Below are positions 1 to 8,990 of a stretch of DNA of 64,000 nt, in pieces. The translations under genes and the position numbers were made by a program. The notes below the pieces were generated by a model. The model was given only the letters and a program-made list of their open reading frames with translations, ran no database searches and was not told the origin of the DNA. The DNA is taken from positions 1 through 64,000 of IMG/VR virus record IMGVR_UViG_3300008450_000020; one strand, written 5' to 3'. Within the stretch, counting starts at the first letter, position 1. Every line of letters begins with the position of its first letter. Origin of the DNA: a virus.

Positions 1-2
1 GA

Positions 3-1511
3 TCAGGAGGCTCTGCTCATGCAAATGTGGTGGCTTCCGGTGCTGCAGGTTTTATGACTGGTGTAGATAAGGCTAAACTTGATGGTGTGGCTTCTGGTGC
101 AAATAACTACACCCATCCTGCAACACATGATCCAAGTGTCATTACACAAGATTCTTCTAATCGTTTTGTGACTGATGCTGAAAAAGCTGCATGGAACGCT
201 AAACAACCTGCAGGTACTTACGCCGGTGGTACAGGTACTGCTGATGGTACTAACACGGGCGATGAAACTGCTGCTACTATTAAAAGTAAATTGGGTATCA
301 GTACCCTATCTGGTGTAAATACAGGAGATCAAGTAATCCCAACTACTCTTCCTGCAAGTGATGTATATGCATGGGCTAAGGCGGTAAGTAAACCTACTTA
401 TACTGCTAGTGAAGTGGGTCTTGCTAATGTAGATAACACTAGCGATGCTTCTAAGCCAGTGAGTACTGCTACTCAAACTGCTTTGGACAATAAGCAAGAT
501 ACATTAGTATCCGGAACAAACATTAAAACTGTTAATGGTAATAGTATTTTAGGTACAGGGAATATTGTAATTTCCACAGGTCCAACAAATACTGATGGAT
601 TAACCGAAGGTGCGACGAACCTTTACTTTTCCACAGCTCGCGTTTCTGGTAAACAAGATACGTCAGGCAAAGATGCTACAGGTGGTTATGTTGGCATGAC
701 ACTCTTCAAGATTAACTTCAAGAACGCAGCTAATTCATTCACTAGCTTTCTTACCAACGCGAACACTGCGGCTAGAAATTATCTGTTCCCCGATAAAGAC
801 GGGACAGTGGCAATGCTGTCCGATATTACAGGTACAAACTCCGGTACAAATACCGGCGACAATGCAAATAATACACAGTATGTGAGCGACTACCGTGCAG
901 CTAATTTTATTGCAGGTACACACTACTTAGCACCGAATGGTAGCGCAGCGTCACTCACAGGATTCCCTACACTAAACCAGAATACTACTGGTACAGCATC
1001 AAACGTAACTGGAGTAGTCGCAGGAGTTAATGGTGGTACTGGGGTTAATAATTCTGGCAAGACTATTACCCTTGGCGGCAACCTAACTACGTCTGGAGCG
1101 TTCGCCACAACTGTTACTGTTACAGCAGCCACAAGCGTAACGCTACCTACAGCCGGAACGCTTGCTACTAGAGCTGGTATTGAGACACTTACAGGTAAAA
1201 CGCTACAAGGTGCAAAGGAGGTTAGTGCTACGTTGTCCGGTACAACACCCGTAATTACCGCAGCAAATGGTTCGTTATTGACGTGGGCTTTAACTGGCAA
1301 TTCGACCCCGACTTCAACCCTTGCAGATGGCGAGTATGTACTTCTGAAAATATCAGATGGAACGGCGTTCACAATTACTTGGACATCGGTAGGCGTGGTT
1401 TGGAAAGACGGTGCCGTACCTGCTTTAGCGACTACAGGCTTCACCGAGATTGAACTATGGCGGCAAGGTTCGGTTACGCATGGAGCTAAGGTTGGAGATT
1501 TCGCATCATGA
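3..1511 (+). CDS. Tail fibre protein, C-terminal part (frame is open from the window start, so the true start is upstream)
   Basis: Thr/Gly/Ala-rich. Contains fibre motifs DKAKLDGVASGANNYTHP, VGLANVDNTSDASKPVSTATQTALD and KQDTLVSGTNIKTVNG, plus GTNTGD repeats. Confidence 0.85.
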   Translation, partial: SGGSAHANVVASGAAGFMTGVDKAKLDGVASGANNYTHPATHDPSVITQDSSNRFVTDAEKAAWNAKQPAGTYAGGTGTADGTNTGDETAATIKSKLGISTLSGVNTGDQVIPTTLPASDVYAWAKAVSKPTYTASEVGLANVDNTSDASKPVSTATQTALDNKQDTLVSGTNIKTVNGNSILGTGNIVISTGPTNTDGLTEGATNLYFSTARVSGKQDTSGKDATGGYVGMTLFKINFKNAANSFTSFLTNANTAARNYLFPDKDGTVAMLSDITGTNSGTNTGDNANNTQYVSDYRAANFIAGTHYLAPNGSAASLTGFPTLNQNTTGTASNVTGVVAGVNGGTGVNNSGKTITLGGNLTTSGAFATTVTVTAATSVTLPTAGTLATRAGIETLTGKTLQGAKEVSATLSGTTPVITAANGSLLTWALTGNSTPTSTLADGEYVLLKISDGTAFTITWTSVGVVWKDGAVPALATTGFTEIELWRQGSVTHGAKVGDFAS

Positions 1512-2107
1512 TCAGTCATCATCTACGCCGCTCAGTCGATCAAAAACCCGCCCCTGTAGTAGCTTCATTTGTTGACCAAGGGGCAGATACAGCCCCCGGT
1601 GCTACGTATTCAGTACCAGTACCTTCTGGGACTACTGCGGGAGATTTACTTCTAATGTACTTTTGGTACAAGGGTGATAACGGTTTTGATTTGCAGTCTT
1701 CTGGATGGTCTATTGGTTATGGGTACTATTTTAAGTACGCCGGGGCTGGAGAAGTTAGTTACGATTTTTCCTCTCTAAATACAGGTTCAACAGGAACTTA
1801 TAGGGTGGTCATACTTCGAGTTACAGGTGGGACTTTAACTGTTGGAGGTGCTGAGGTGGGGCCATCGGGTACATCTTTTTCAGTACCAGCAATTACACCT
1901 TCGGCAGCTAACTCATTAGTAATTTGTAGGGCGATTGATAGGGTCAATTATGCTGGGTTTGATATTCCGGGTTTCACCAGCATAACAAATGGTGCAGAGC
2001 GTAGATTTTCATGGAAGGTATTCTCAGCAAATACAGGAACAGTTTTAGTTAATGCTAGCTCAGGAACAGATAACTACGGACAGCTAATTGGAATCGCACC
2101 AGCTTAG
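1508..2107 (+). CDS. Tail fibre-associated beta-rich protein
   Basis: Overlaps the fibre stop (ATGA). VPVPSGTTAGDLLL motif is typical of fibre-tip or receptor-binding accessory domains. Confidence 0.6.
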   Translation: MISHHLRRSVDQKPAPVVASFVDQGADTAPGATYSVPVPSGTTAGDLLLMYFWYKGDNGFDLQSSGWSIGYGYYFKYAGAGEVSYDFSSLNTGSTGTYRVVILRVTGGTLTVGGAEVGPSGTSFSVPAITPSAANSLVICRAIDRVNYAGFDIPGFTSITNGAERRFSWKVFSANTGTVLVNASSGTDNYGQLIGIAPA

Positions 2108-2119
2108 GAGAAATAAATT

Positions 2120-2626
2120 ATGCAAAGAGTAAAAGTAAATACGGGTGAAGTTTTAAGCCTTTTCCAACTTTCTCAAACAGAAAACATATCGCTCAACCTG
2201 CAAGGCGACCCTGATTTAAGTTTCTTGGGTTACGAACGATTTGTCGAAACACCGATGCCGACAGTGTCCAATGCCATCGTTGACCGAGACGGCGTAGAGC
2301 TTGTTGATGGGGTATGGCAGACAAAGTGGAAAGTGACTCCATTCACGACAGAGGAAATCGCATATAGGCAGAGAGTCATAGCTAAGGCTTCAAGACAAGC
2401 GCAAGTTGATGCGATCAAGGTTACAACGTCAACAAATAAAACGTTTGACGGTGATGAGACTTCTCAAACGCGAATGGCGCGAGCAATCATTGCCATGCAA
2501 GCGACAAATACAGAAACGGTAACTTGGGTATTAGCTAATAACACACCTACACAAGCTACGGTAGCAGAATTGGTAGAAGCACTGGCTTTAGCTGGTGCAG
2601 CACAAGCAGCGATATGGGTGATCTAA
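2120..2626 (+). CDS. Tail fibre assembly-like protein (DUF4376-like)
   Basis: C-terminal FDGDETSQTRMARAI...WVLANN...ELVEALALAG...W pattern; AGGAG RBS. Confidence 0.7.
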   Translation: MQRVKVNTGEVLSLFQLSQTENISLNLQGDPDLSFLGYERFVETPMPTVSNAIVDRDGVELVDGVWQTKWKVTPFTTEEIAYRQRVIAKASRQAQVDAIKVTTSTNKTFDGDETSQTRMARAIIAMQATNTETVTWVLANNTPTQATVAELVEALALAGAAQAAIWVI

Positions 2627-2871
2627 TGAAAAGACTACTAAATTTACTTATAGCTCTGGATCAACTGGTTTATGTAATCATTACCTTTGGTTCAGGTAAT
2701 CCAGATGAAACCTGTTCTAGTGCAGCTTATCGTATGGAGATGAAAGGTAAGTTCTTTGGCTTCTGGCGACCAATCATAGATGGTATCTTCTTCTTTGATA
2801 ATAATCATTGTAAAGAAAGCTATGAAAATGAATTGTTACTAAAAGAATTCAGATTAGAAAAAACCAAGTAA
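2626..2871 (+). CDS. Conserved phage hypothetical protein
   Basis: LLIALDQL...GNPDETCSS.AYR...ID..FFFD.NHC motif, common downstream of fibre genes. ATG overlaps the upstream stop (TAATG). Confidence 0.7.
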   Translation: MKRLLNLLIALDQLVYVIITFGSGNPDETCSSAAYRMEMKGKFFGFWRPIIDGIFFFDNNHCKESYENELLLKEFRLEKTK

Positions 2872-2958
2872 ATTACTTTATCATCGGTAATTGTTTAGCT
2901 GGTTTGTTGTACAATCTTCCGTACTCAGAGCCTTTTAAACTAAACGCTTATAAAACTG

Positions 2959-2989
2959 AATAGAGGGCTTAAATTGCCCTCTATTTTTA
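2959..2989 (+). terminator. Rho-independent terminator
   Basis: AATAGAGGGC-ttaaatt-GCCCTCTATT followed by a T run. Confidence 0.75.
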
Positions 2990-3025
2990 TGATTAACTGA
3001 ACTATTTATTAATAAGAGGCTCTAT

Positions 3026-3427
3026 ATGTCTGATCCTGAAAAAACATTTACCCAAGATGAGCTTAATCATATTGTGGCTAGAGAGACGGCTAAATTACAG
3101 TTATCTGACTTCAAGAATAACTTGGCGTTAATGAATCAATCTAACACGCAAGCTCTTGCAGATATCAACGCTAAGATAAATCAGATATTTAATATGATCT
3201 CCGAACAGAACAAAGAACAGCGTGAAGACCAAGAGAAACTCATTGAATCTTTAAAAAAAGAAATAGAAAAGGACTTCGCATCAAAGATTGATATGATCAA
3301 TATTTCAAATCGTCTTGATCAACTTTGGATCAAGATATCGGTAGCAATCATGACCTCTATCACATTGGGAGGAATCATTGGTTGGGTAATCACTACTGCT
3401 ATTAGTGCTGCGGGGATAAACAAATGA
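3026..3427 (+). CDS. Coiled-coil protein with C-terminal TM helix (holin/antiholin candidate)
   Basis: Single C-terminal hydrophobic helix; first gene of the lysis cassette. Confidence 0.5.
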   Translation: MSDPEKTFTQDELNHIVARETAKLQLSDFKNNLALMNQSNTQALADINAKINQIFNMISEQNKEQREDQEKLIESLKKEIEKDFASKIDMINISNRLDQLWIKISVAIMTSITLGGIIGWVITTAISAAGINK

Positions 3428-3672
3428 TAAAAAGAATTCGTAAACCAAAATTAATAGCTGATTGGAAACAGGTGCTGAAACACACCTTAGCAGTCAAATT
3501 TGTAATCATCTCAGGCATTTGCTCTGTAGGTGAAATCATTATTGCATATTATCCTGATCTATTTCCTCGTGGAGCTATGGCAGGCTTATCAGGTACATTT
3601 GCTTTGCTTGGTTTGATATCTCGTTTTTATTTGCAAAAACAATCTGGGGATGATGATGGCGATCCAAGATAA
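3424..3672 (+). CDS. Putative holin (2 TM)
   Basis: 82 aa, basic N-terminus, KLIADWKQVLK motif, two TM segments, directly upstream of the endolysin. Confidence 0.7.
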   Translation: MIKRIRKPKLIADWKQVLKHTLAVKFVIISGICSVGEIIIAYYPDLFPRGAMAGLSGTFALLGLISRFYLQKQSGDDDGDPR

Positions 3673-4138
3673 ATCTAAACGTATAGGAGCAGCAACTCTT
3701 ATTGCGTCAGCAATAGCAATTCCTGCAGAAGGTTTGCGTCAATTTGCTTACTATGATCCTCCGGGTATTCTTACTGTATGTTATGGCTCAACAACGAATG
3801 TTGAGAAAGGTAAGAAATACAGCCTAGAAGAGTGTAAGAGCCGTTTAGATTCAGATATGCTATATGCGGTCAGTACTGTTGAAAGATGCGTTCCTGGGCT
3901 TCCTGTAGAGGTCCTAGCTGCATTTGGAGATGCAGTGTATAACCTAGGCCCAAGCATTGCATGTGATCAGAAGAAATCTACTGCTGCAAGATACCTGTAT
4001 AAAGGTGAATTACTTCAAGCGTGTAATCAATTACCAAGATGGAATAAAGCTAAAGTTATGGGGGTATCGATAGAACTCCCTGGACTTACTACAAGACGTT
4101 CTAAGGAGAAAGATTTATGTATAAGTGGGCTATCTTAG
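3650..4138 (+). CDS. Endolysin, GH24 lysozyme with SAR-like N-terminus
   Basis: Catalytic E-x8-D-x5-T (EGLRQFAYYDPPGILT), an Ala/Gly-rich N-terminal anchor, and a C-terminal LPGLTTRRSKE motif. Confidence 0.92.
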   Translation: MMMAIQDKSKRIGAATLIASAIAIPAEGLRQFAYYDPPGILTVCYGSTTNVEKGKKYSLEECKSRLDSDMLYAVSTVERCVPGLPVEVLAAFGDAVYNLGPSIACDQKKSTAARYLYKGELLQACNQLPRWNKAKVMGVSIELPGLTTRRSKEKDLCISGLS

Positions 4139-4614
4139 CTATTGGTTTAATCGCAGGAGGCTACGGAGTAGCCCAGCTTCCTGATTATTATCGTAATCAA
4201 GGTGCTGTAGCAGAGCGTACTAAAATCAATAAAGAAATTGCTGCTGCAGTTGATAAAGCAAAGCTTGAAGTTCAGTTAGAGAATGCTGAATTAAAACTTA
4301 CTTATGAAAAGAATTTTAATGAATGGAAGGTGAGTTATGCTAAAGAACTTGATCGTATTAATGCTAATCGTAATCCTACAGGGTTGTTGTTCAACGCAAG
4401 TAAAATATGTGCCGGTTATACCAGAGGAGAAACCAAAACAAGTAGTACCGAAGGAAGCAATGAATCCTCCACCAGAATCCGGTTACTTCCAGAAGAAACT
4501 TCAAAAGATCTTGATCAATTAGTTTATGAAGCTGAACTTATATCTGCATCGTTGAGACTGGCTCAAGAAGCAATAAATAAGAGTTCTTGTATGATTGTTG
4601 AGGGAAAAGAATAA
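4117..4614 (+). CDS. i-spanin (Rz-like)
   Basis: N-terminal TM helix and coiled coil, follows the endolysin, and contains an embedded lipoprotein ORF. Confidence 0.8.
   Translation: MYKWAILAIGLIAGGYGVAQLPDYYRNQGAVAERTKINKEIAAAVDKAKLEVQLENAELKLTYEKNFNEWKVSYAKELDRINANRNPTGLLFNASKICAGYTRGETKTSSTEGSNESSTRIRLLPEETSKDLDQLVYEAELISASLRLAQEAINKSSCMIVEGKE
4337..4522 (+). CDS. o-spanin (Rz1-like lipoprotein), embedded in the i-spanin
   Basis: Signal peptide with lipobox ILQG-C, Pro-rich mature part, +1 frame inside the Rz-like gene, GAAGGTGAG upstream. Confidence 0.8.
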   Translation: MLKNLIVLMLIVILQGCCSTQVKYVPVIPEEKPKQVVPKEAMNPPPESGYFQKKLQKILIN

Positions 4615-4829
4615 TGGATGTTATTGACGTAGCCAGTGAACAAGAAGCAGTAATGCTTTCTGCACAGATTCAACAAGCTAGTAAGACAAGAAATAAAATT
4701 ACCCCTAAAGGTAAATGCCATTTTTGTGATGAGGATGCAGAAGAACAGAAACTATTTTGTAATAGTGACTGTTCTTCTGATTATGAGAAGGAACAAAGAA
4801 TGTTACAACGTAAAGGCAGAGAAGCTTAA
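4614..4829 (+). CDS. TraR/DksA-like C4 zinc-finger protein
   Basis: N-terminal DxxDxA (MDVIDVA), CHFC...CNSDC zinc finger, C-terminal helix. Confidence 0.65.
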   Translation: MDVIDVASEQEAVMLSAQIQQASKTRNKITPKGKCHFCDEDAEEQKLFCNSDCSSDYEKEQRMLQRKGREA

Positions 4830-5044
4830 TGATCTTCTAAAGACTGTAAGACAGCCAAAGATTTAATAGTCAAATCACTTACTGGAAGATGTTTTAATGT
4901 TTGTGCATCTAAAATTGCTTCTTTACACTTTCTGTAATCGTCCATATTGAGTATGGGCGAAGAAAGATTTAATAAGCCATCTATTAAAATACTTCTACCA
5001 TACCCATTAGGGATTTCTGCAAAGTAATGGTAGAGAGTTCTCAC
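4826..5044 (-). CDS. Hypothetical protein
   Basis: ORF in a tightly packed minus-strand operon. Confidence 0.6.
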   Translation of the reverse strand: MRTLYHYFAEIPNGYGRSILIDGLLNLSSPILNMDDYRKCKEAILDAQTLKHLPVSDLTIKSLAVLQSLEDH

Positions 5045-5045
5045 A

Positions 5046-5696
5046 TTACACCTTAACTTTCTTAGTCCTTGGTTTCTTTGCTGGAGTTACAGGAACAACT
5101 GCTTTAGTTACTACAGCAGGTTTGACTGTAATATCAAAACCAGCTTTCATCAGCTTTAAAGCTACCCGTTCAGGGTTAACTGTGAGTGCATACACAGGTC
5201 TGTCAGGACAGTGTTTAGCAAACTCAGGAAAGTCTTTAAGTAACTTTTCTACTGTATTGTATGCAGCCAAAGTAGAAGCTAATTCAGCTTCAATTTCTTT
5301 TTTCTTTTCTCGCCAAACAACTACCTCAGCAAGCATTTCTTGTAATTCCGGATGTTTTTTCAAATCAGCAAGGGTAAACTCTTTGAATTGAAAATCATTA
5401 GGTACTGCAATAGTGTCATTGAATGTAACATTCGTTGACCAGCTATGAGGTGCCACCACAGGATTATAGAAGTTGGTTCCAGAAACTGCACTAATGTTAC
5501 TGCGCACTGCTAGCCAATTTTTTGGCAGATGCTTTGTAGCATCTGTGAATTCTTTTGGTACTTGGTTCTTTGCAATCTGAGTAAAGAAAGCTTTGATATC
5601 TTTTTCAAGCTGATCTAATTTACCTGGAATTTCAGTTGCTTTGTAGATTGCTGATTGAATTACTTTACGAGATTCATTGGTTAAACGAATTGACAT
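5046..5696 (-). CDS. Nmad5-like (nucleotide modification associated domain 5) protein
   Basis: N-terminal RLTN.SR..I and C-terminal TVEKLLKDFPE pattern, recalled from memory; basic tail. Confidence 0.5.
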   Translation of the reverse strand: MSIRLTNESRKVIQSAIYKATEIPGKLDQLEKDIKAFFTQIAKNQVPKEFTDATKHLPKNWLAVRSNISAVSGTNFYNPVVAPHSWSTNVTFNDTIAVPNDFQFKEFTLADLKKHPELQEMLAEVVVWREKKKEIEAELASTLAAYNTVEKLLKDFPEFAKHCPDRPVYALTVNPERVALKLMKAGFDITVKPAVVTKAVVPVTPAKKPRTKKVKV

Positions 5697-5697
5697 G

Positions 5698-5994
5698 TTA
5701 TTTACCTTCTTTCTTTGGTTTTGGTTTAAAAGAATTGCTGTGTACGTTAGAGCACATACGTTGCCTTACCGTTTCCATCTCATCGGAACCTACCCACCAT
5801 TTAAGAGCAAGTTCTACTTGATCTGATTTGAGGGTGTCTTTAGCAAGGTTTACACCAGCTACAACACCCTCTTGGTATGCTTCCTCAGATTTGTAGTCAA
5901 AGTAAGTTAACGCAACTCCTGACCATATTAGGAGGATTCCAAATAGGTATGCATAGTGAAGTCGATTAGGGGTGACTTTGTTCGTTGGAAGCAT
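5698..5994 (-). CDS. Hypothetical membrane protein
   Basis: N-terminal TM helix. Confidence 0.6.
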   Translation of the reverse strand: MLPTNKVTPNRLHYAYLFGILLIWSGVALTYFDYKSEEAYQEGVVAGVNLAKDTLKSDQVELALKWWVGSDEMETVRQRMCSNVHSNSFKPKPKKEGK

Positions 5995-6268
5995 TTAGTT
6001 CCCCTTTAGTCTTATTAAGCAAATCAATCTTGCGCAGTAACTGTGTTTCAGTAGTTTGCGCTTGAGTTTTTGCTACATTAATAAGGGACTCTAAGTGAGC
6101 AATTTCATGATCGATATTATCTAAATCACGTAACTCAACTTCTACTTCCATGTCAACTTGACCAAGTTCAGTGTAACCGTGTGGACGCATATCCACTGTC
6201 ATGAATTCAGTCTTTTTCATGTTTGGGTTATAAAGTACCCAACCTTTGATTTGAATTTTTTGTTTCAT
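5966..6268 (-). CDS. Hypothetical protein
   Basis: Start MKQKIQ overlaps the upstream stop; coiled-coil C-terminus. Confidence 0.55.
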   Translation of the reverse strand: MKQKIQIKGWVLYNPNMKKTEFMTVDMRPHGYTELGQVDMEVEVELRDLDNIDHEIAHLESLINVAKTQAQTTETQLLRKIDLLNKTKGELNASNEQSHP

Positions 6269-6471
6269 TCTGGAATCCAGTTTTGTTGAATGTGGCACCA
6301 AGATATTTGGCAAGAATCTGTAATTACAAAACCAGGAACAATATCATTAAGTTCTCCCCCTAAACGATAGAAGAGGGATTCATTAATAGATATAAGTTGT
6401 TCATTGGTATCTACAATTACAGTCATTTGTTTCTTCCCATTAGGGAGAATTCTTTGGTTTTTGATTTGCAT
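6265..6471 (-). CDS. Hypothetical protein
   Basis: Coupled ORF (TAATCATG junction). Confidence 0.55.
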   Translation of the reverse strand: MQIKNQRILPNGKKQMTVIVDTNEQLISINESLFYRLGGELNDIVPGFVITDSCQISWCHIQQNWIPE

Positions 6472-6473
6472 GA

Positions 6474-6878
6474 TTAGTGAACAGTCATGTTTGGTTCAGA
6501 TACGTGTTCCATTGCATTATCATGCATGAATTGGATGCGTTTAAACCCTTCTTTATCAATGAAAGCAAAGTCTGTAGTTGGGACAGGAATATCAAAGATA
6601 TCTTCCCATGCAGATTTTCGGATAGCAATTAATTCGCCGGTACGATCTGCTTCATGTAATTTGATGTGAGCATGTTCTCCTCCGTTATCTACAACGATTA
6701 AGAAGAAGTAACCTGCTTCTTTCTGTTTAACATGTTCAGGGCATAGTGAGTACCCTGTGAAAGATTTGGGTTCTAATGAATTGCGCATTCGTCTATCTAG
6801 CAAAACAGTTTCAGTATGTTCTATCCCACATACAGGGCAAACTTCAAACCCCATTCCTACATGTGATTTTTCTGTCAT
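6474..6878 (-). CDS. Hypothetical zinc-binding protein
   Basis: CPVC...CPEH motif. Confidence 0.65.
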   Translation of the reverse strand: MTEKSHVGMGFEVCPVCGIEHTETVLLDRRMRNSLEPKSFTGYSLCPEHVKQKEAGYFFLIVVDNGGEHAHIKLHEADRTGELIAIRKSAWEDIFDIPVPTTDFAFIDKEGFKRIQFMHDNAMEHVSEPNMTVH

Positions 6879-7213
6879 ATTGATTTTCCTTTTTTGAATT
6901 GGAGTGAGACATAGATATCAACTGCTTTATCCATATCTTTTTTTGAGTGACTTATGCCCATTAAATTTAAATCCCATAAACTGAAATTACTTGGAGAGAA
7001 TTTTTTGGATTTGATTAGGGTTTTATATCTGGCTTGATCTCTAAGAGCTTCAGTAATTCCAGCTCCTTTAATAACATTGCCCTTATTAACACCTAATTGA
7101 AATGCGTGTGCAAATAAATCATACTCAGTATAATTTTTATTTGCTATCTTAAAATCTGTTAAGGCTCTTTTTATTCTAATGGGAAAAGTTACCTGTTTTT
7201 TTAAGGGCTTCAT
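6875..7213 (-). CDS. Hypothetical basic protein
   Basis: Coupled ORF. Confidence 0.55.
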   Translation of the reverse strand: MKPLKKQVTFPIRIKRALTDFKIANKNYTEYDLFAHAFQLGVNKGNVIKGAGITEALRDQARYKTLIKSKKFSPSNFSLWDLNLMGISHSKKDMDKAVDIYVSLQFKKGKSI

Positions 7214-7215
7214 GA

Positions 7216-7470
7216 TTAAAAATTGAGTAATTTTTTTGCTGCAATTATTTGAGGAGGAATATTATCTGCGAATATAGGACTCCAACAAGAATATGTTGAG
7301 TCATTTGAAACTGTGAATGCACCACATTGATACCATACACCCTCATAAATAGAATATACAATGGAATTGATTGGGTATCTATTTGCATTAACAGAGTCGT
7401 CATCAGGAAGGGTTTTTAATACATAATCAGGGTATTCCCATAACAGAAACATAATGTCTTTATTGTCCAT
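7216..7470 (-). CDS. Small protein; outlying member of the C-terminal-motif family (see findings)
   Basis: Ends WSPIFADNIPPQIIAAKKLLNF; RBS context AAAGGAAAATTATG. Confidence 0.65.
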   Translation of the reverse strand: MDNKDIMFLLWEYPDYVLKTLPDDDSVNANRYPINSIVYSIYEGVWYQCGAFTVSNDSTYSCWSPIFADNIPPQIIAAKKLLNF

Positions 7471-7514
7471 AATTTTCCTTTCTAAATATGTGGATACTTT
7501 AAAATACACACATA

Positions 7515-7540
7515 TTTAGAGCTTCTTACGAAGCTCTAAA
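7515..7540. terminator. Stem-loop downstream of the vWA gene
   Basis: TTTAGAGCTTC-ttac-GAAGCTCTAAA perfect 11-bp stem; weak U tract. Confidence 0.5.
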
Positions 7541-7552
7541 ATAAACTAAGAA

Positions 7553-8845
7553 TTACTTCTTAGCTGGTTTGGTTACAGACCAACGGTAACTTTTTGTTGT
7601 TTTGTCATTAACAATAAGTGTTTGAGGAATACCTTCATTACGACAGTACATACGAGCATCATCACGAGTCTCAAAGTAAACTGTACGAGGTGTCACAGGG
7701 ATTGGTGACTTTGTTGGTTTGTTTGTAGGAGCAACTTTAGGCAATTCAACCACTGCTGGTTTAACTGCTTTAGGTGTTGCTGGCTTAGTAAACAAATCAA
7801 TTTCAGCTTGGGTAAATTCAACGCCCAAAGAAGCCATGTAAGCTACACCATAACCACCGACCAATTTACGATTGATAGATTCACTTTGGATGAACAAATC
7901 GAAGTTAGCATGATCGCCTGGGTGTAAACGTACATTCTGATGTGTTGGCAAACCCAGCATAGAACGTGCATCTGGGCCACTGAAGAACTTACCAGTTTGA
8001 CGATCACGAATCAAAATCAACTTGTGTGGGCCTACCTTAGCCTCAGTTTTGGACAACTGATAGAAAGCAGCACCTTTCAAGTATTTTTGACGATGACGCA
8101 AGATGAATGTTTGAATTTGGATACCATTGTCTTCTGCCGGCACAACATACAAGGAGATGTCTTTTGCCGGTACTTCGTTCAATGCAGCTACATTGACTTG
8201 AGTAGCATTTGCATAGAATGAGGAAGAAGCAGAAGCACCGCCAGCACGAGAACGGAAGTAACCAGTCATTGCAGTTTGTGTTTGAGCAGAAGATGCTGCC
8301 ATACCTGCAGATGTGGTTTCCCATTCTTGTACATTGTCTTCAGGCACACCAAGATTTTGTACGTACTTACGACCGCCTTTTGGTACACGGAAAACAAATG
8401 TCCATTTGCCTGTCGCTTGTTTGTCCTTGATTAACTTAGCAATGCTTTGGGCATTATAAGTTTTTGAACCGTTTTCTTCACCATCAGTGGTAATCATGAC
8501 CAAGAATGAGACATGATCTTCGCCAGCATCAGGTAAAGAACTGAATAATTCAACCATGTTACCAATACCATCGTACAAAGGAGTATTTCCAGGACAATCC
8601 CATTCAGTTACTTCTTTTAAAACATGTGGATTAGAAATAACTACTTGACGCATAACACGGTTATTTGTATAACCCAAGCCGATACCGACTACAGAAACTA
8701 CTGTGTCTAACATTTCTGCAGAAGCAGCCTGTTTGATTGCAGAGATATTTGCATTGTAGTCAGAGATTGCTGCTTTGCGCAAACTTTCCATTGAACCTGA
8801 GTGATCATTGACAAAGCCAATGTAATTCTTTGATTGTTTTTTCAT
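7553..8845 (-). CDS. vWA domain protein
   Basis: MIDAS DHSGSM, NTPLYDGI and TTDGEEN; extra C-terminal domain and Pro/Lys-rich linker. Confidence 0.85.
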   Translation of the reverse strand: MKKQSKNYIGFVNDHSGSMESLRKAAISDYNANISAIKQAASAEMLDTVVSVVGIGLGYTNNRVMRQVVISNPHVLKEVTEWDCPGNTPLYDGIGNMVELFSSLPDAGEDHVSFLVMITTDGEENGSKTYNAQSIAKLIKDKQATGKWTFVFRVPKGGRKYVQNLGVPEDNVQEWETTSAGMAASSAQTQTAMTGYFRSRAGGASASSSFYANATQVNVAALNEVPAKDISLYVVPAEDNGIQIQTFILRHRQKYLKGAAFYQLSKTEAKVGPHKLILIRDRQTGKFFSGPDARSMLGLPTHQNVRLHPGDHANFDLFIQSESINRKLVGGYGVAYMASLGVEFTQAEIDLFTKPATPKAVKPAVVELPKVAPTNKPTKSPIPVTPRTVYFETRDDARMYCRNEGIPQTLIVNDKTTKSYRWSVTKPAKK

Positions 8846-8988
8846 TTGGTTTCTTTCTTAGAGAATTTTTGTTTGATGCTACGGATTATGGAATTAGTCT
8901 TGTAACCAAGAATAAATCCAAGAACAAGTGCTAAAGCCATGGCAAGTACAACATCACCACGGCCAGCAAAGATGCCGACGGTTGCCAT
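8842..8988 (-). CDS. Small membrane protein (48 aa, below ORF-track cutoff)
   Basis: MATVGIFAGRGDVVLAMALALVLGFILGYKTNSIIRSIKQKFSKKETK; coupled to both neighbours. Confidence 0.6.
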   Translation of the reverse strand: MATVGIFAGRGDVVLAMALALVLGFILGYKTNSIIRSIKQKFSKKETK

Positions 8989-8990
8989 GA

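Noticed and set aside
923-1522. 199-aa minus-strand ORF opposite the tail fibre gene
   Set aside because: Antisense shadow of a Thr/Gly-rich gene; no RBS or motifs.
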